Origin: an uncultured delta proteobacterium
GTDB taxonomy: Bacteria > Myxococcota_A > Polyangia > Polyangiales > Polyangiaceae
Reading direction: 5' to 3'
Assembly (NCBI GenBank): GCA_963696385.1
Contig: CAVOKF010000008.1
Coordinates: 640,001 to 704,000 of the forward strand
Length of the DNA: 64,000 nt
Both the position numbers and the translations under genes were made by a program. Each line of letters starts with the position of its first letter. The first letter of the stretch is position 1. Shown here in pieces: positions 1 through 10,670 of the stretch. The notes beneath the pieces were generated by a model that saw only the letters and a program-made list of their open reading frames with translations, had not been told where the DNA came from and did no database searches.

Positions 1-22
1 GGGTGACCCCGAACGGATATGG

Positions 23-1216
23 TCAACCAACGGGCATTTGCGCTCCACTTGTCGTTGCTTCGTGAAGCGCGGCTGTAACGCGCTCGGCAATACGGTTCCA
101 AGTGAACTCGCGTTCAAAGAGTGCGAGACCGCTCGCAGCGATCGCGTTGCGGCGACCTGGGTTGCAGGCGAGAGCGAGGACATGATCTGCGAACGAGCTC
201 GGGTCGCTGCGGTCCGCGAGCAGGAGCGAGACGCCGTCGTGCTCATGGAGAACAGGATCGGTGACCGGCCCCGACGTACCGACGATAGCGAGGCCGTGGG
301 CCATGCCGGCCATCAGTGTAGTTCGGCAGGTCGCAACTCCCTCGGCTATCGGCATGAGGTAGATGTCGACTGCCGACAAGCGGCGAGAGACTTCTTGTTG
401 TTCCAGCGGGCCCTCGGCCAGCAGCGGTAACCGCGAAAGCGCCGTTCTCTTGACGGCATCAGCTTCGAGGCCGACGTAATAGATCAGTACCTTGAGTTGC
501 GCGGCGAGGAGGCGTTCCGCTGCGGTGCGTACTAAGTCAAGTGCGCGCGTGGGCCCGATGCGTCCGAAAAGGCCCAGCACCGTCGTGTTGTCGTCGATCC
601 CGCGCTCGCGTCGCATTTGCACGCGCGGTGTCGGTCGGAGTACGTCGACGTTCGAGCCAACTGGGAGGTGAAACATCGGTGTGCGCGGAAACCAATTTCC
701 GCACCGCTCAACCGATGGTTGCCGGACGAAAAATAGCGCATCCGAGAGACGCCCAACGGCCCAGAGCTGCGGGCCGAGCCATGAAGCGAGCAGGGCCGAC
801 CTTAGGGCGACAGGCGCCGGAAACGTCTCGTGAATGAGCGTGGCAATCCTTACATGAGGATGCCGATGCCGCACTTGGGCAAGGGCGACTGGTAGAAATG
901 GATTGAAGCCGTAGCGGATTTGCCACATCCCGGGAAGATACTGAACGAATAGCCAGTCCGGCGGATCCTTGCCAACCGCATCCGCTAGATCACCGACGAG
1001 GGTGGCCTTGTCGGTAGCAAAGACGGGTCGGACCTGGACACCTGGCACCTCGCTGAGCGTCGGAACTCGCGAGGTGATGACTGTCGTTGCGGCGAGCGGG
1101 GCCAAGGCCTGCGCGAGCCGCGCCGTGTGGTCGCCCACACCGCACACGCGTGGCGGGAACGTAGGACAAATAAGCCAAATTTTAGGCTTGTTGTCATGCC
1201 GTTGGAATGGGCGCAT
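23..1216 (-). CDS. Glycosyltransferase family 4 (GT-B)
   Basis: ICPTFPPRVCGVGDHT N-terminus and DIYLMP...TTLMAGMAHGLAIV C-terminal motif. Start moved to ATG 1216 (MRPFQ) because the upstream extension looks non-coding. Confidence 0.85.
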   Translation of the reverse strand: MRPFQRHDNKPKIWLICPTFPPRVCGVGDHTARLAQALAPLAATTVITSRVPTLSEVPGVQVRPVFATDKATLVGDLADAVGKDPPDWLFVQYLPGMWQIRYGFNPFLPVALAQVRHRHPHVRIATLIHETFPAPVALRSALLASWLGPQLWAVGRLSDALFFVRQPSVERCGNWFPRTPMFHLPVGSNVDVLRPTPRVQMRRERGIDDNTTVLGLFGRIGPTRALDLVRTAAERLLAAQLKVLIYYVGLEADAVKRTALSRLPLLAEGPLEQQEVSRRLSAVDIYLMPIAEGVATCRTTLMAGMAHGLAIVGTSGPVTDPVLHEHDGVSLLLADRSDPSSFADHVLALACNPGRRNAIAASGLALFEREFTWNRIAERVTAALHEATTSGAQMPVG

Positions 1217-1460
1217 CTCGGCGGAACGTCCCGTGCGTCTCAAAGTCGGTCGATGGCGACGTGTACGACTCCTTATGCGACCTTCCAATCGACTGCCACT
1301 ACGGTCGCGCGCCATGGAAAGACTCCCCGCTGCGCGGACATTGCGGAAGGCCGCCGCGCTCCGCCGGTGACCGTGAACACGCTGTTCGCCGGAAGGAAGG
1401 TCCACGCTCGTTGAGAGGAACGGCGCGGTGGTCGACGCCTCGTGAGGGACCGGGTGGGAC

Positions 1461-1518
1461 CCCGATTCGCGTTCCGCGCAACTGCGGGCAGGCAGGGGGC
1501 TGGGGAACGCGAATCGGG
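1461..1518. repeat. Perfect 15-bp inverted repeat (cccgattcgcgttcc / ggaacgcgaatcggg), 28-nt spacer
   Basis: Read directly at 1461-1475 and 1504-1518. Confidence 0.85.
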
Positions 1519-1629
1519 AACCGGGCCTATCGAGCCACGGCCACGTAGCCGGTGTCGGTGCGCTGGGCCCGGCCTTGGGTGACAAGCCCGGCGAGGGCGT
1601 CGGAAACAGTGGCGGCGCGCATCTCGGCG

Positions 1630-2560
1630 GCGGCCGGCCTCGGCGTACTTTGCGACGAGTCGGTCGACTGCGTCCTGCTGCTCCTGCCCCCGCTGCAACT
1701 CGGGAAGAAGACTCGGGGGCCAGTGCGCTGCTCGGTGAGCCACGCTCCGAGTGCCGTGATGGCCTGACGGCGGAGTGGCGTGCGACGGCGCTTGCGGCCC
1801 CTCATCCTCGCATCGTACATGCGCTCTGGCGCCCTAGGACGATGTCGTCGCGCCGGAGCCACGTCAGCTCGGAGACGCGCGGGCCCGTCTGTACGAAGAC
1901 CAGGAGCAGCGTTCGATCGCGCCGGCCAAGCCAAGTGGCCAGGTCCGGCGCTGCGACGAGCGCCTCGATCCATTCGCGCCGGCGGAACTCGATCGTCTTT
2001 TTCTGGGAGCGCTCTGTGGGATCACGGCGGAAGAAGGCGCTGATGGCCGTCAGCCGGTTGTTCCTCGTCCTCGTCGTGTCCTCGGGCTCGAGGCGCTCCA
2101 GAAAGTCCATCACGAAGGACGGCTTGATATCCTCCAGCGCGAGCTCAGAAGGCGCCTTTCCCCAGTCGATCCGTTTGGGATCTCCCGAACGACGTCCGCG
2201 CCTGATCGATACCAATGAAGGAGCGTGGAGACCGCGAATCGATGCCAATCGTGCAGCCCGGCCCGCGACCACGGCGATCGTGGACGGCTGGTGACCGGAG
2301 CCCGATCATGCGGGAGACCGTGTCATGCGGGAGACCGTGATGAAGCTGTCATCCGAAGACTCAGGGATCCGCCGACCGCGCTCGGAGACGAAAGAACGTC
2401 AGCACCCTCACGCGGGGCAAGATGGCATCTCTCCTCCCGGCGTAGTGCCCGGGAATATCGCTCGTCTTGGCCTGGCGCAACGAAGCGGGACTTCCCCGCG
2501 CTTCCCTTCGCGGATGCTGAGAACGCCTCGAGCGGTCAAGGTTGCCGCAGTCACACGTCG
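1630..2560 (-). pseudogene. Decayed tyrosine recombinase genes (RIT-element RitB/RitC-like remnants)
   Basis: Fragments in several frames: GKAPSELALED..FLERLE..RTRNNRLTAISAFFR, APDLATWLGRRDRTLLLVFVQTGPRVSEL, GRKRRRTPL, DAVDRLVAKY, and an upstream GVLSIREGK piece. The catalytic C-terminus is missing. Boundaries are approximate. Confidence 0.75.
2306..2339. repeat. Perfect 17-bp tandem duplication (tcatgcgggagaccgtg x2)
   Basis: Read directly, inside the recombinase remnant. Confidence 0.9.
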
Positions 2561-2710
2561 CGTGGCTGACAAATGGCCGCCGTCGGTGGTCGTTGCGGAC
2601 AGCGAGCGCCCGACCGCCGTCTGGCGCCACCACGAACCACGCGCCCAGCGTCGCCCATAGCGGTAAGATCTGCGGTGCGCCACGGACCCGCCGTGCTATA
2701 TGGCGGAGCG

Positions 2711-3392
2711 GTGTCGGCAGCCCGTTTGCGCGATCCCCTAGCGTGCGCCGTCCTGTCCGGCGGACATAGCAGCGGTCTCATTCTGTCAGCAGTCACTGAC
2801 GTGTTGCGCGACAGCAGTAAGCGCTACGACGTCGTCGTGGACCTGGGCTGCGGTCGCGGTGACTGCGCGCGGTCGCTGGATGGCTTGTTCGCTACCTATA
2901 TCGGCTGTGACGTCGTAAAGTACGAAGGTTTTCCGGAGCAGGACACGATTCAGTTTCGACCAACGGATCTCAACCATCCTCCCTATGACATGAACGACGC
3001 GTGCGCCGATGCAGTCGTCTCCATCGAAACGATTGAGCATCTCGAGAACCCGCGCGCCCTCGTGCGCGAGATGGTCCGAATGGCTCGTCCGGGTGGTCTC
3101 GTAATCATCACGACGCCGAATCAACTTAGCCTGATGAGCAAGTTGTTCCTGGTTGCGCGCAACCAATTTCACGCATTTCCAGGAAGCCCCCGGCCTATAC
3201 CCAACGCACATCACGGCCCTTCTGGAGGATGACCTAAGGCGCATGGCCCGTGAATCTGGTCTAACCGACGTAGCTATCCGGTACACCGATCACGGCCGAG
3301 TCCCACTTACCTCGTGGTCCTGGCCCCGAGCGCTCGGAATGCGCGGGCGATGGTTCAGCGACAACGTGGTCTTAGTCGCCCGTCGGCCATGA
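2711..3392 (+). CDS. Class I SAM-dependent methyltransferase (apparent 1-nt frameshift at ~3177)
   Basis: VVDLGCGRG motif I, ETIEHLENP and GGLVIITTPN. The C-terminus QEAPGLYPTHIT continues in ORF 3153..3392. GTG start inferred. Confidence 0.8.
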
Positions 3393-3593
3393 TGGTCATG
3401 AGCACCGCATTCCGGTCGTGTTGCAATTGGCCGAAAGCACGACAGACGCGACAATTTGAATGTGGGAAACGACCGGCGGAGGCATTCAGGAGCCCTATCA
3501 AAATGGACCCACCTGAAACCAAGAGTACCTCCCATGCCGCAACCTGGGATTGTGCCAGCCGTGATCAACCACGGGGTTGGCTCCTTGCGATCG

Positions 3594-4628
3594 TCAGGCG
3601 ACGCGCCGTAGAACTACGTTCATTTGCAGGCCAATCGTCGCTTGGCCCAGCCACAGTCCCGGCCCGATGGCCAACTGACGCAGCTGGCGGTTTCGCCAGG
3701 CTCGCGACATCCCTGCCGCCAGCCACGAGAAGCGCACGCCGCCGGTTCGGCCCGAGTTAAGCCGCCGGCTGTAGTAGTCGGAAAACAGCGAAGTCTGAAG
3801 CTTTAGCCCCGCTCGACGAAAGGCGCGCATGTACTCAAAAATGGAATACTCGTGTTCGTGGACGAGCTCGTCGCGATGTTGCTGGTCCTGGTCTCCGCGC
3901 GCCACGCGCGCTCTTGTAAACGCGTGCTTGATCATGCCGCGAATCGGTTCGTTGATGTTGATGACCGTGCCCCCTCGGCGGGTGACCCGCGCGAGCTCGC
4001 TCGCAAGGCCACGAAGGTCCGACGAATGGTGACTCGCGGCCGATATGATGACAATGTCAAAGGTCGAGTCTCGAAACGGCAGTGCGTTCATGTCGCCAAG
4101 CACACGGACAGGCCACCCGGAACGGGCCGCCTCGTCGTCATACAGGAAGTAAATGTTGGTTTCGAAGCAGTTGCAACCGCGATCGCGAAATGGTTTCAAG
4201 AATGGATAATCGTCGCTGCCGCCAATTTCAAGAACGTCTTCGCGTCCCGTAATGTGAACGTGTTCCAGAGCTTGCAAGAAATTGAGTTCCGTCGAGCCGT
4301 AGTAGTCGAAGACGTCGTCCGCAGTCGAGCGCTTGCGATCCTCGAAAGATGAGACCCTCTCGACACGGCGGATCACGAACGCGCTAACATCGCCCGCGAA
4401 ATGCGCCTCCTTCATCATTCCGCGCAGCTCGTCGAGCACATCCTGCGACGGCGATGCGAGGGCATTGACGATCCCAGCGACGATCGGATAGCCGTTCCCG
4501 CAACATTTGCAGCGGACGGCGCCAGTCTCCGCGATGAAGTCAGAACGCGTACACTGCAAGCAGGTCAGTTTTGCGACGGCAAGGTCGATTGGCGTACTAC
4601 GTGGCAGTGGCCACGGCGCGGTGCTCAT
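3594..4628 (-). CDS. SAM-dependent methyltransferase with N-terminal Trm112-like Zn ribbon
   Basis: CLQC..CKCCG..YPIVAGI N-terminus; VLEIGG, GDMNALPFRDSTFD and NEP motifs. Confidence 0.8.
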   Translation of the reverse strand: MSTAPWPLPRSTPIDLAVAKLTCLQCTRSDFIAETGAVRCKCCGNGYPIVAGIVNALASPSQDVLDELRGMMKEAHFAGDVSAFVIRRVERVSSFEDRKRSTADDVFDYYGSTELNFLQALEHVHITGREDVLEIGGSDDYPFLKPFRDRGCNCFETNIYFLYDDEAARSGWPVRVLGDMNALPFRDSTFDIVIISAASHHSSDLRGLASELARVTRRGGTVININEPIRGMIKHAFTRARVARGDQDQQHRDELVHEHEYSIFEYMRAFRRAGLKLQTSLFSDYYSRRLNSGRTGGVRFSWLAAGMSRAWRNRQLRQLAIGPGLWLGQATIGLQMNVVLRRVA

Positions 4629-4718
4629 GGCGGCGAAGGGTCGTTGAAAAGCAAGTGTGGGTCAAGTCGAGCCGGCATTCGGCAGTCGCTTGAGACCGGT
4701 CGTTTCGTCGAACGGAGT

Positions 4719-5223
4719 ATGGACGGCGTCGCTGGCGGCGCCCAGACCGAAAAGCAAGATCACACCTGGTGGGGTGCGGGGCCGCTGAGGGCTGTGGGCG
4801 TGCCGCGTCGCGTGATTGTCTTTGCGTTAGGCGTTGCAGGCGTCGCTTGTGGCTCGTCGGCCCGCCGACAGACGTCGGCTCTGGTTGATGCGGTCGACCG
4901 GTATCGTCAGGCCGACAACATGTCGAAGACGACCCACGCGCGCGCGGTCGCAGCGCTGCCGTGCAGCGCGACCTCGGTATGCGAAGCGAAGCGAGTTTCG
5001 TCTCGAGGCGATTGATCCGACAACGCGAGCGCTTACGCTCAAAGACGAAGTGACGGCCAGACTCGCCGACATCGAGCAGAAGCGGCTGGCCCCGGACGCG
5101 GCGGAGGCGGCGTCGCTTCCTGGCAAGCTGGACGAGGCCACGCGCTTGCTCGAAACCGGGCGCGCGAAGATGACCGAGTGCGAGCGCCGGCTCGCCGACT
5201 TGCGCATCGAGTATGGGGGCTGA
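4719..5223 (+). CDS. Putative small lipoprotein (apparent frameshift at ~4997)
   Basis: Hydrophobic segment with lipobox-like GVAC-GSS; continues as LEAIDPTTRAL in ORF 4834..5223. Start uncertain. Confidence 0.55.
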
Positions 5224-5271
5224 CCGCCCGATGTAACGAGCGCCGGCCGTGTGCTAAGCCCGAGTTCCGCC

Positions 5272-6903
5272 ATGTTCGACGCCCTCACAAAGGGGTTCAA
5301 AGCCGCTCGCAATCGCCTCGCCGGTCTGACCGAGCTCACCGAGCAGAACGTCGATTCGGCCCTGCGCGAAGTGCGCCTCTCGCTTCTCGAGGCGGATGTC
5401 GAGCTTGGAGTCGTCAAGGCCTTTCTCGCACGCATCAAAGAGAAGGCGCTAGGCGAAGTCGTGCGCACGCGCGCCAAGGGGCAGGACGGGTCGAGTGTGA
5501 AGGTCTCGGCGAGCGACGTCTTCGTCAAGATCTGCCACGACGAGCTCGTCGCGTTCATGGCGCCCGCGGAGGGACCCCCGCTGGCGACCGCGCCCAAAGG
5601 CCAGCCGACCGGCGTGATGATGGTCGGTCTTCAAGGCTCTGGCAAAACGACCACGTGCGCGAAGCTCGCACGGTGGGTGCAGAAGCAGGGCAGCCACCCG
5701 CTCTTGGTCGCGGCCGATATGCAGCGCCCCGCTGCCGTGGAACAGCTCACCATCCTAGGCGCGCAGATCGGCGTCCCGGTCTTCAATGTCGCGGGTGCGA
5801 CGCCCCTGGACATCTGCAAGCAAGCGCTTGTCGAAGCCCGATCGGGCAAGAACGACGTGCTCATCTACGACACGGCGGGCCGTCTCGCGATCGACGATGC
5901 GCTGATGCAAGAGCTCGAAGAGATCAAGGCCGCCATCCAACCGCAAAATGTCCTGTTGGTCGTCGACGCGATGATTGGCCAAGATGCGGTCAAGACGTCC
6001 AAGACGTTCCACGACCGACTCGGTCTGACCGGTGTGGTGCTCACGAAGCTTGACGGCGACGCCCGGGGAGGCGCGGCGCTCAGCGTGAAGGAAGTGACCG
6101 GGGCGCCCGTGCTCTTCGCCGGGGTCGGCGAGACGCTCGACAAGTTCGAAGAATTTCGCGCCCAAGGCATGGCGAGCCGGGTGCTCGGCATGGGCGACGT
6201 CGTCGGGTTGATGAAGGACTTTCAGGAGGTCGTTGACGAAAAGGACGCCACCGAGAAAGCCATGCGCATGCTCGAGGGCAATTTCACCCTCGACGACTTT
6301 CTCGAGCAAGTGCGCATGATTCAGAAAATGGGGTCGATAAAAGACCTCATCGCGAAGGTGCCCGGCATGGGTGACATGCTGCCGCCAGGCGCGAACGTTG
6401 ACGACGGCGAGCTCGGTCGCATCGAAGCCATCATCCAGTCGTTCACCAAGTTTGAGCGAAGGGACCCATACGCCCTTATCCGTGAGCCCACGCGCGTTGC
6501 CCGCATTGCGAAGGGTTCGGGCCAGACCGGCCAGCAGGTCGAGGAGCTCGTTCAGAAGTTTCTCTTCATGAAGCAGATGATGGAGGGCCTCGGCCAGAAC
6601 ATGGGCATGATGGGGCGCATCCCCGGCATGAAGAACGTGGCGATGGCGAAACAACTGCGCAAGCAAATGGCGCAAGGCGGAGGCTTTCCCGGGATGGGGG
6701 GCATGGGCCTGCCGGGTATGCCGGGCCTGGGTTTGCCGGGCATGCCCGGAATGGGCTCCCCGGGCTTTCCGGGTATGGCGGTGCCGGGTGCCGGGACGGG
6801 CGACAGCATGACCAAGATGCGTCCGCTGTCCGCTGCCGAAAAGAACTCGCGCAAGGCGGCGCGCAAGCGCGAGAAGGACGCACGCAAGAAGAACCGCCGC
6901 TAG
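5272..6903 (+). CDS. ffh: Signal recognition particle protein Ffh
   Basis: GLQGSGKTTT, DTAGR and TKLDGDARGG GTPase motifs; Met-rich M domain. Confidence 0.98.
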   Translation: MFDALTKGFKAARNRLAGLTELTEQNVDSALREVRLSLLEADVELGVVKAFLARIKEKALGEVVRTRAKGQDGSSVKVSASDVFVKICHDELVAFMAPAEGPPLATAPKGQPTGVMMVGLQGSGKTTTCAKLARWVQKQGSHPLLVAADMQRPAAVEQLTILGAQIGVPVFNVAGATPLDICKQALVEARSGKNDVLIYDTAGRLAIDDALMQELEEIKAAIQPQNVLLVVDAMIGQDAVKTSKTFHDRLGLTGVVLTKLDGDARGGAALSVKEVTGAPVLFAGVGETLDKFEEFRAQGMASRVLGMGDVVGLMKDFQEVVDEKDATEKAMRMLEGNFTLDDFLEQVRMIQKMGSIKDLIAKVPGMGDMLPPGANVDDGELGRIEAIIQSFTKFERRDPYALIREPTRVARIAKGSGQTGQQVEELVQKFLFMKQMMEGLGQNMGMMGRIPGMKNVAMAKQLRKQMAQGGGFPGMGGMGLPGMPGLGLPGMPGMGSPGFPGMAVPGAGTGDSMTKMRPLSAAEKNSRKAARKREKDARKKNRR

Positions 6904-6935
6904 TGGCGAGGGTTTGGTCGGTCGGGACCACTCGG

Positions 6936-7790
6936 CTACGTCGAACGGGGCCCGCTCGTGAGGCACTGCCATCCGGAAGCTCGAAAAGCGCCCTCGAGTT
7001 CGGCAAGGCGACGGGTCGCGACCAGGTTGGGGGGCTCCCAGTTTGAGCGCCGTTGCACCGAGGGGTGGACCAACCGAGGCTGAAATAGCGAGCGCTCAAG
7101 GCCGAAGACCACATAGCCCATCCCTTCCAGGAAGGTTACGGGCTCTGTCGGGTATCGCCCGGGTTCCGGGAAAATCACATGACGGACGGTCCCTGATTCC
7201 AACAGCGATCGCGCGCCCCGAAGGACGGCGAGTTCATCGCCTTGGACCTCGATCCTCATGAGAGCGATGTCGTTGCCGAGCTCCTTCGCATACTCGTCCA
7301 GACGCTTCGTCGCGATCTCGGCCCCCCCTGCGGTCGCGCTCGGCACTACGGAGTCGGAGATTGCTTCGCGTCGGGGCATAACCGTCACGGCTGGAAAGCG
7401 TGCCCGTGCGCGCTTCGCGTTGCGACAGAGTTCGTCGAAACGTTGCGGATCCCGCTCGAAAGCGAAAACGCGGCCTCCGCTCCGCATGCGGGCTGCCGCA
7501 ACGAGGCTCATGTACCCGACGTTGGCCCCCACGTCGATCACCGTGTCGTCCTCGCGAACCAGGCGCCATATGGCTTCGGTCACGACCAAGTGGTAGACGC
7601 CCAACGCGTCGAGGGCTCGGGTGAGATCGTCGCGATCGCGAGCCTCTAACGCTAGATGCTCCCACGGCAACGGAAAGACGTACGTCCCATCGGGCCCCGG
7701 TGAGGTGGTCCGGCCGAACAAGCGCCGCACCAATTGCCGTGGTCGGAGCAAATACTCAGGCTTGAGAAGCTTCTCGATCGATTCCAGCAT
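6936..7790 (-). CDS. FkbM-family methyltransferase
   Basis: VIDVGANVGYMSL, GRVFAFE and MRIEVQGDELAVLRGA motifs. Confidence 0.85.
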   Translation of the reverse strand: MLESIEKLLKPEYLLRPRQLVRRLFGRTTSPGPDGTYVFPLPWEHLALEARDRDDLTRALDALGVYHLVVTEAIWRLVREDDTVIDVGANVGYMSLVAAARMRSGGRVFAFERDPQRFDELCRNAKRARARFPAVTVMPRREAISDSVVPSATAGGAEIATKRLDEYAKELGNDIALMRIEVQGDELAVLRGARSLLESGTVRHVIFPEPGRYPTEPVTFLEGMGYVVFGLERSLFQPRLVHPSVQRRSNWEPPNLVATRRLAELEGAFRASGWQCLTSGPRST

Positions 7791-7942
7791 GTTCCCGGCT
7801 CGACGTCCGCTCACGACGAGGGCCGACGTGACGGCCCGCCGGGCGGCACGATACACAGCGACCGGATGCCGTGCGACCGCCGTCGACCGTCCGACGCGGT
7901 GCCTCTCGACCGGCGGTGGCCTTTGTCGATAAAAGGCCGCCC

Positions 7943-9376
7943 ATGCGTCGACCTTCTCTTTCGTTCGCGATCGTGACAGCGGCTTCGCTCTGCGCGGGCT
8001 GCGTCGGCACCAACAAGGGTCTCAGCGCGGAGGAAAAGGAGCGGCTGAAGCCGTACGTCCTCGACGCGGTGCCCGTCGACCTTCCGCACAAGCTCGACAT
8101 CAACTTCGAGAACAAGGTGCACTTGGTCGGATACAAGTTCGAGCCCGAGAACGCCAAGCCCGGCGAAGACGTCAAGCTCACGTACTATTGGCGCTGCGAC
8201 GATCCGCTCGAGAGCGGGTGGATGCTCTTCACGCACACCAAAGACGAAGGCAACGGCAAGCTCGGCAACCTGGATTTCGACGGGCCCATTCGCGAGCAGA
8301 AGAACGGCGACCAGGTCCTCGGCCCCGATCATTGGGAGCGCGGCAAAGTCTACGTCGACGTGCAGACGTATAAGGTTCCGACGGACGTCACGGGCTCGGA
8401 GGTGACGATCCTCACGGGCATCTGGAAGGGCGACTCGCGGTTGCGCATCCTCAGCGGCGCGAACGACGGCGACAATTGCGCGATTGTGGGTAAGATCGGC
8501 ACCGGCGTGGTTCCGAAGTCGGCCGATGAGCACACGAAGACCGACGTGCCGTCGATCGTCGTCACCCGCCTCGCGACTACCGGCAAGATCAAGATCGACG
8601 GAATCGCCGACGAGAAAGAGTGGGAGGGCGCGGTAAGCACGGGCCCTTTCGTCGACGTGGGGACGGGTAAGCCGAACCCCCTGTTTCCGGTGAGCGCATC
8701 GGCCAAACTGCTCTGGGACGAGAAGAACCTTTACGTCTTGTTCGTGGTCCAGCAGGCCGAGCCCTACGTTGGCTTCACCAACGCGAAGGCACAGCCAACG
8801 GACTTTACGGCCGCCGGCCAGCCCAAGCTCTGGACCAAAGACACGGTTGAAATGATGGTGGAACCCGACCCGACCGGCGACAACCACGACTATTACGAGC
8901 TGCAGATCAACCCTCAGAACAAGGTCTTCAAATCGCAGTTCGACACGCTGCAGCAGCCGAGCGGCGGCCCGAACGGCCCGTTCGGTCACGAAGACTGGGA
9001 CCCCAAGTTGAAGAGCGCCGTGCAGCTGCAGAAGGGCGACGACGGCAAAGTCACCGGTTACACGATCGAGGTCGCCATCCCTTGGGCGGGGTACACCAAG
9101 GCGGCAAACCATCCCCCGAAGTCAGGCGACGTCTGGCGCATCAACTTTTACGGGATGAGGCAGAACGCCGGCGTTTCGTGGTCACCGATTCTCGGCCAGG
9201 GCAACTTCCACAAGGCCTCCCGCTTCGGTCGCGTCACCTGGATCATTCCGGGCGCCCCCGCCGCCGCCAGCGCCAGCAGTCCGGCGCCGCTCGCGGCCAT
9301 TTCGGGCGATGGGGGGGTACGGTTGCTGCCTCGCGGACCCATGCAAATGCGGATTCCAGCCCACATGCCGCAGTAA
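7943..9376 (+). CDS. Lipoprotein with CBM9/DOMON-like carbohydrate-binding domain
   Basis: Lipobox CAGC; IKIDGIADEKEW, KLLWDEKNLYV, YYELQINP, YTIEVAIPW and WRINFY are CBM9-like motifs. Confidence 0.8.
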   Translation: MRRPSLSFAIVTAASLCAGCVGTNKGLSAEEKERLKPYVLDAVPVDLPHKLDINFENKVHLVGYKFEPENAKPGEDVKLTYYWRCDDPLESGWMLFTHTKDEGNGKLGNLDFDGPIREQKNGDQVLGPDHWERGKVYVDVQTYKVPTDVTGSEVTILTGIWKGDSRLRILSGANDGDNCAIVGKIGTGVVPKSADEHTKTDVPSIVVTRLATTGKIKIDGIADEKEWEGAVSTGPFVDVGTGKPNPLFPVSASAKLLWDEKNLYVLFVVQQAEPYVGFTNAKAQPTDFTAAGQPKLWTKDTVEMMVEPDPTGDNHDYYELQINPQNKVFKSQFDTLQQPSGGPNGPFGHEDWDPKLKSAVQLQKGDDGKVTGYTIEVAIPWAGYTKAANHPPKSGDVWRINFYGMRQNAGVSWSPILGQGNFHKASRFGRVTWIIPGAPAAASASSPAPLAAISGDGGVRLLPRGPMQMRIPAHMPQ

Positions 9377-9426
9377 GCGGCGCCCGAAATTCGTACGCGA
9401 GCGCGCCCGTGCCTTACGCTCGGGCG

Positions 9427-10536
9427 ATGCGCAAAGCCTCTGCGGTGCTCGTGGGCATGCTGATCGCGACGGCGGTGAGCGCTCAATCCGAACCCCCCCG
9501 AAGACAACATCGCCCGACGCCGAAAGGGTCCGGTAAGCCCGCCGACGACACGACGCCATTCAACCTGCAGCGAGCCCAGCTCGGGACCGAAGGTTTCGCT
9601 CGCACGGCTCGCGAACGCATGAAACAGGGCGACTACGAGGGCGCCATCGACTTGTTCGACCAGGCCATCGCCGAGTCGGTGGACCCCACCCTGTACCGCG
9701 ACCGGGGCAGTTGCCACGACAAGCTCGGTCACCCGTACCCGGCGATCGAGGACTACCGAATGTACGTGACCAACGCGGCGGACGCGAAGGACGCGGACTC
9801 GTTTCGCGATCGGCTGGACCAGCTGCAAGCTCAGGTGCGTGGGCTTCCGCCGCCGGGCACTGCCGCCGCCCGAGAGGACGCTCCGCCAAAGGACGAGCCC
9901 GCAGACCGTCCCGATGAGCCCGTCGCAACAACGCCCTCGGCGTCGGTCGATGCGACAGCAGCCTCTGCCGATGCCGAGACCGAGGACGACAGACCGCCTT
10001 CGTCGCTCCGCGACGGCAAGGGATGGGTGCTGGCCCCGCTTCTCGGTGCCCGCAAGTGGTTTCGTGACGGCCGATCGTTTGGCGATCGCGAGACATGGGA
10101 CGAGAGTGTCGGCGGTCAGGTCCGCTACTCATTTGCGTCCCGCAGCACGCTGTTCCTCGAGGCGGCGTACCAGCGTTTCAACTCGACCGACCTCGACGCT
10201 GAAGTCATTTCCGGTCTGACGTCCGCTATCGGCTACGAGCTCCGGGTGCCGCTCAACGCGCGCGCCGATGACCAGCTGCTCTTCGGCCTCGGCGTCGGCT
10301 ACGAGCACTTGGTCTTTCAGGCGGGAGCAGACGCGGCGGATTCGTCGTACTCCGAAGGCGGCATCGCTGGACGGCTGAGGTTTGGGTACCGGCACATGCT
10401 GGCCCGCTCGGTCGCCCTCGAAGTGTCGCTCGATGGCGGTGGCGGCGGGATCCTCAAGTACGATCCAAGCGTCGATTCGCACTCGACTACGTTCGGGCTG
10501 GCGGGGCTGACGGTGGCGCTCGCTTGGGGGCTGTGA
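9427..10536 (+). CDS. Secreted TPR protein with C-terminal outer-membrane beta-barrel-like domain
   Basis: Signal peptide; TPR-like helices (GDYEGAIDLFDQA, LYRDRGSCHDKLG); alternating beta strands ending in LAWGL. Confidence 0.65.
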   Translation: MRKASAVLVGMLIATAVSAQSEPPRRQHRPTPKGSGKPADDTTPFNLQRAQLGTEGFARTARERMKQGDYEGAIDLFDQAIAESVDPTLYRDRGSCHDKLGHPYPAIEDYRMYVTNAADAKDADSFRDRLDQLQAQVRGLPPPGTAAAREDAPPKDEPADRPDEPVATTPSASVDATAASADAETEDDRPPSSLRDGKGWVLAPLLGARKWFRDGRSFGDRETWDESVGGQVRYSFASRSTLFLEAAYQRFNSTDLDAEVISGLTSAIGYELRVPLNARADDQLLFGLGVGYEHLVFQAGADAADSSYSEGGIAGRLRFGYRHMLARSVALEVSLDGGGGGILKYDPSVDSHSTTFGLAGLTVALAWGL

Positions 10537-10670
10537 CCGCCTCCCCCAAGCCCGGCATGCCGTAGTGAGTCGGAAAACGAATGGCGCCCGAATCTCGAGG
10601 CTCGCGCGATGATCACGCACGCGTGCTTCGAAGCTCGCCATTTCTGGGGTAACGTCGTGTTTCCATTCGG

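Noticed and set aside
3490..3515. IS-end-like motif caaaatggacccacc
   Set aside because: Single weak match with no partner end or transposase nearby.
6680..6800. GMPG repeats in the Ffh tail
   Set aside because: Ordinary low-complexity extension of the M domain.
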